DNA from: Coraliomargarita sp.
GTDB taxonomy: Bacteria > Verrucomicrobiota > Verrucomicrobiia > Opitutales > Coraliomargaritaceae
Direction of reading: 5' to 3'
Length of the DNA stretch: 64,000 nucleotides
Assembly (NCBI GenBank): GCA_965216325.1
Contig: OZ244160.1
Coordinates: 2,048,001-2,112,000, forward strand
Below are positions 61,596-64,000 of this stretch, piece by piece (positions within the stretch are counted from its first letter, which is position 1; each line of letters begins with the position of its first letter). A model generated the notes under the pieces. That model was not told the DNA's origin, did no database searches, and saw nothing but the letters and a program-made list of their open reading frames with translations. Made by a program: the position numbers and the translations under genes.

Positions 61596-61790
61596 GCAGC
61601 TCTAATTACATCCCGCGTGCCAATTTGCTAATGGGTGTTATAAGTCGTTCTGATCCAGGGGGATCTGACGGGTTTCCTGTTTGGGCTGATTTGACGCAAA
61701 CTTTGAACTGTAGATTTTACAGCATTTTCCCCATAAACGAGTGCCTGCCGGATTTGATTTCTGTAAAAAATACAGTAGTATCCATGATTC

Positions 61791-62336
61791 ATGAAAGGAT
61801 TGGTATTTACGGAATTTCTCGAGATGGTGGAAACGAAGTTCGGATACGAGGTCTTAGACCGTCTGACGTCCCTGCCATCTCTAAAGAGTCATGGTGCCTA
61901 CACCTCGGTCGGCAATTATCCGCACGGTGAAATGTTGAAGATGCTCGATGAATTGCATGGGGCGGTTGGCCTGCCGCATCGCGAGTTAATTATGGCCTTT
62001 GCAGAATGGTTGTTTGCGGCTTTTCTCAAGGTGCACCCAGAGTTTTTCGAGCGGGTGAATGGCTCGTTCGACTTTCTCAGCGGTATCGAGACCGTGATCC
62101 ATAGTGAAGTGCGTCGTCTCTATCCGGATGCTCGTTTGCCGGACTTCGAATGCGAACGTCGCACCGACAGGGAGCTGATTATGGACTACTCATCGTGGCG
62201 GCCTTTTGCAGATTTAGCCGAAGGTCTGATCCGTGCGTCCAGTGCGCACTTTAATGAACACATCGAAATCATTCGTGAGGCGGGTCCAACCGATGATGAG
62301 TGCAGTGCGCGTTTCACCCTTAAGCTTATTGACTAA
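61791..62336 (+). CDS. H-NOX heme NO-binding domain protein
   Basis: MKGLVF start, YTSVGNY, proximal His (VIHSEV), LP and YxSxR (YSSWR). Confidence 0.92.
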   Translation: MKGLVFTEFLEMVETKFGYEVLDRLTSLPSLKSHGAYTSVGNYPHGEMLKMLDELHGAVGLPHRELIMAFAEWLFAAFLKVHPEFFERVNGSFDFLSGIETVIHSEVRRLYPDARLPDFECERRTDRELIMDYSSWRPFADLAEGLIRASSAHFNEHIEIIREAGPTDDECSARFTLKLID

Positions 62337-62352
62337 AGCCTAGGAGTCTTTG

Positions 62353-64000
62353 ATGGCCTCAAATCAGCAAACAGACTCGGAGATGTTCGAGCGGCTTTTG
62401 AAACGTGAGCGTGAGTCGCGTAAGGAAGCTGAGCGTTTGTTGGACCAGAAGTCGGCTGAACTCTACAATACTAATCAACGTTTGCGCGAGCTGGCCGATA
62501 AGTTGGAGCAACGCGTCGAAGAGCGCACCTCTGAGTTGGAAACAGCACTCCTTCGCGCTGAGTCCGGCGACCGGGCGAAGTCTACCTTCCTGGCGAACAT
62601 GAGCCACGAGATCCGCACGCCGCTGAATGGCATTTGCGGCATGGCGCGCATCCTGGGTAGTGCAGCGCTTGATCATGAGGCCTTGGAGCAAGTCCGTGGC
62701 ATTCAAATCAGTGCCGATTCTTTGCTGCACGTGCTCAATGACATTTTGGACTTTTCTAAAGTAGAAGCAGGACAGTTGGATATCGAAGAAGTGGACTTTG
62801 ATGTCGCTCAGGTGATTGATTCGGCTTTCACCGTTTTACAGATGCGTGCAACTGAGAAAGCATTGCGCTTTGACTTTATCTATCCGGATGCAGAGTTGCC
62901 CCGATTGCGTGGTGACCCAAGCCGACTCAATCAAATTCTACTCAATCTCTTGGGGAATTCGATTAAGTTTACTGGTGAGGGCTCCGTTGTCTTGATCTGT
63001 TCGATCTCGAAGCGCACGATAGATAGTCTGGTGCTGCAATTTACCATTCGCGATACGGGGATTGGTATGACCGCTGAGGATATGGATCATGTCTTTGAGC
63101 CCTTCGCGCAGGCAGATTCATCGATTAATCGGCGCTTTGGTGGCAGTGGACTGGGGCTGGCGATTTGCAAAGAATTGATTCAGTTGATGGGGGGCACTCT
63201 GAGCGTCGAGTCCGAGCCTGGTAACGGCAGTGAATTTACCGTCGAGTTGCCTTATAAAATCAGTCGAGAGCCCTCGTCTCAGAAGGCCGCGCGCCCTGGA
63301 CGCTGCCGGGCCTTTATTGTAACAGAGTCGGATCATTTTTATCGTATGTGTATGTCGATGCTCGCCTACGGTGGGCTCGGGCTGCAGCGTGTTGAGAGTG
63401 CCTCAGACGCGGTCGATTTGCTCGGTAATGATCGGGGTGTACTTCTGATTGATCGTAGCCTGCAGTCCGGGTATGCGCCTTCGTTGGATCCGGATCTCAT
63501 GGAGCCCTTGCCCGATTCTTTGCAGCGGATCCTTATCTCCGAGATGATTCCACCGAGTTCGGTGGAGTCTGCGGAGGTGCTGACGTATCCAATTGCTCGA
63601 TACAAATTTCTGAGTACGGTATTTGCGCTCTTGGACTTGCAGTTGCCAGGGTTTATCTTTCAGCGCCATGGGGAATCGTCCTTTGAGGATGTTGATCTTA
63701 GTGGATTGCGCGTGTTGGTCGCTGAGGATAATAAGATTAATCAGAAGGTCGCACGCATGACAATTGAGCGCTTTGGTGCGACGGTCGACCTCGCGGGTAA
63801 CGGAATCGAGGTTTTGGAACTGGCGGCTCGATTCGAGTATGACCTCATTCTAATGGATATACGCATGCCGGTGATGGATGGCGTTGAAGCCTGTCTGGAG
63901 ATTCGTTCTCGGGGGGGCGATATCCCCGTCTATGCCTTGACGGCGGATGCGATGAAGGGCGACCGTGAGCGTTTTATGCAGGCCGGAATGAATGGTTATC
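62353..64000 (+). CDS. Hybrid histidine kinase (HisKA-HATPase-REC), runs off the right edge
   Basis: ATG at 62353; RERESRKEAERLL, FLANMSHEIRTPL, GSGLGL, VLVAEDN and LMDIRMP; frame open to 64000. Confidence 0.93.
   Translation, partial: MASNQQTDSEMFERLLKRERESRKEAERLLDQKSAELYNTNQRLRELADKLEQRVEERTSELETALLRAESGDRAKSTFLANMSHEIRTPLNGICGMARILGSAALDHEALEQVRGIQISADSLLHVLNDILDFSKVEAGQLDIEEVDFDVAQVIDSAFTVLQMRATEKALRFDFIYPDAELPRLRGDPSRLNQILLNLLGNSIKFTGEGSVVLICSISKRTIDSLVLQFTIRDTGIGMTAEDMDHVFEPFAQADSSINRRFGGSGLGLAICKELIQLMGGTLSVESEPGNGSEFTVELPYKISREPSSQKAARPGRCRAFIVTESDHFYRMCMSMLAYGGLGLQRVESASDAVDLLGNDRGVLLIDRSLQSGYAPSLDPDLMEPLPDSLQRILISEMIPPSSVESAEVLTYPIARYKFLSTVFALLDLQLPGFIFQRHGESSFEDVDLSGLRVLVAEDNKINQKVARMTIERFGATVDLAGNGIEVLELAARFEYDLILMDIRMPVMDGVEACLEIRSRGGDIPVYALTADAMKGDRERFMQAGMNGY

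Overview
Chromosomal window from a bacterium, most likely Verrucomicrobiota (Opitutia/Puniceicoccales-like). This is inferred from the PVC-type EF-Tu switch-I sequence, the RpoB poly-Arg motif and gene style. Positions 1-32 kb hold housekeeping and accessory genes: an M16 protease, glyA, surE, a MotA/ExbB + two vWA operon, an RlmN-like gene, tRNA-Lys, an ECF sigma/anti-sigma pair, ruvA, dapB/dapA, PilT, a DEAD helicase, a matrixin protease and MscS. The intergenic regions carry many GTAG-REP-like and periodic repeats. Positions 32.4-45.4 kb are the tRNA-Thr-tuf-tRNA-Trp-secE-nusG-rplKAJL-rpoBC cluster. Positions 45.6-61.6 kb are a surface-polysaccharide locus that starts with a receiver-domain gene and lies divergent from an H-NOX + hybrid kinase pair. 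The strongest signal is an IS110-family element (22241-23680) bounded by CT cores at the end of a REP. Its ~330-bp 3' non-coding end carries short segments matching its own target and donor junction, consistent with a bridge/seek-RNA guide, and its ends would form a promoter on circularisation. Other leads are a 23S-rRNA-like structure between rplJ and rplL, an HTTM/DCC trio inside the polysaccharide locus, a His-less pseudokinase and a shared C-terminal domain on two secreted proteins. All calls come from reading the sequence; no searches were run.
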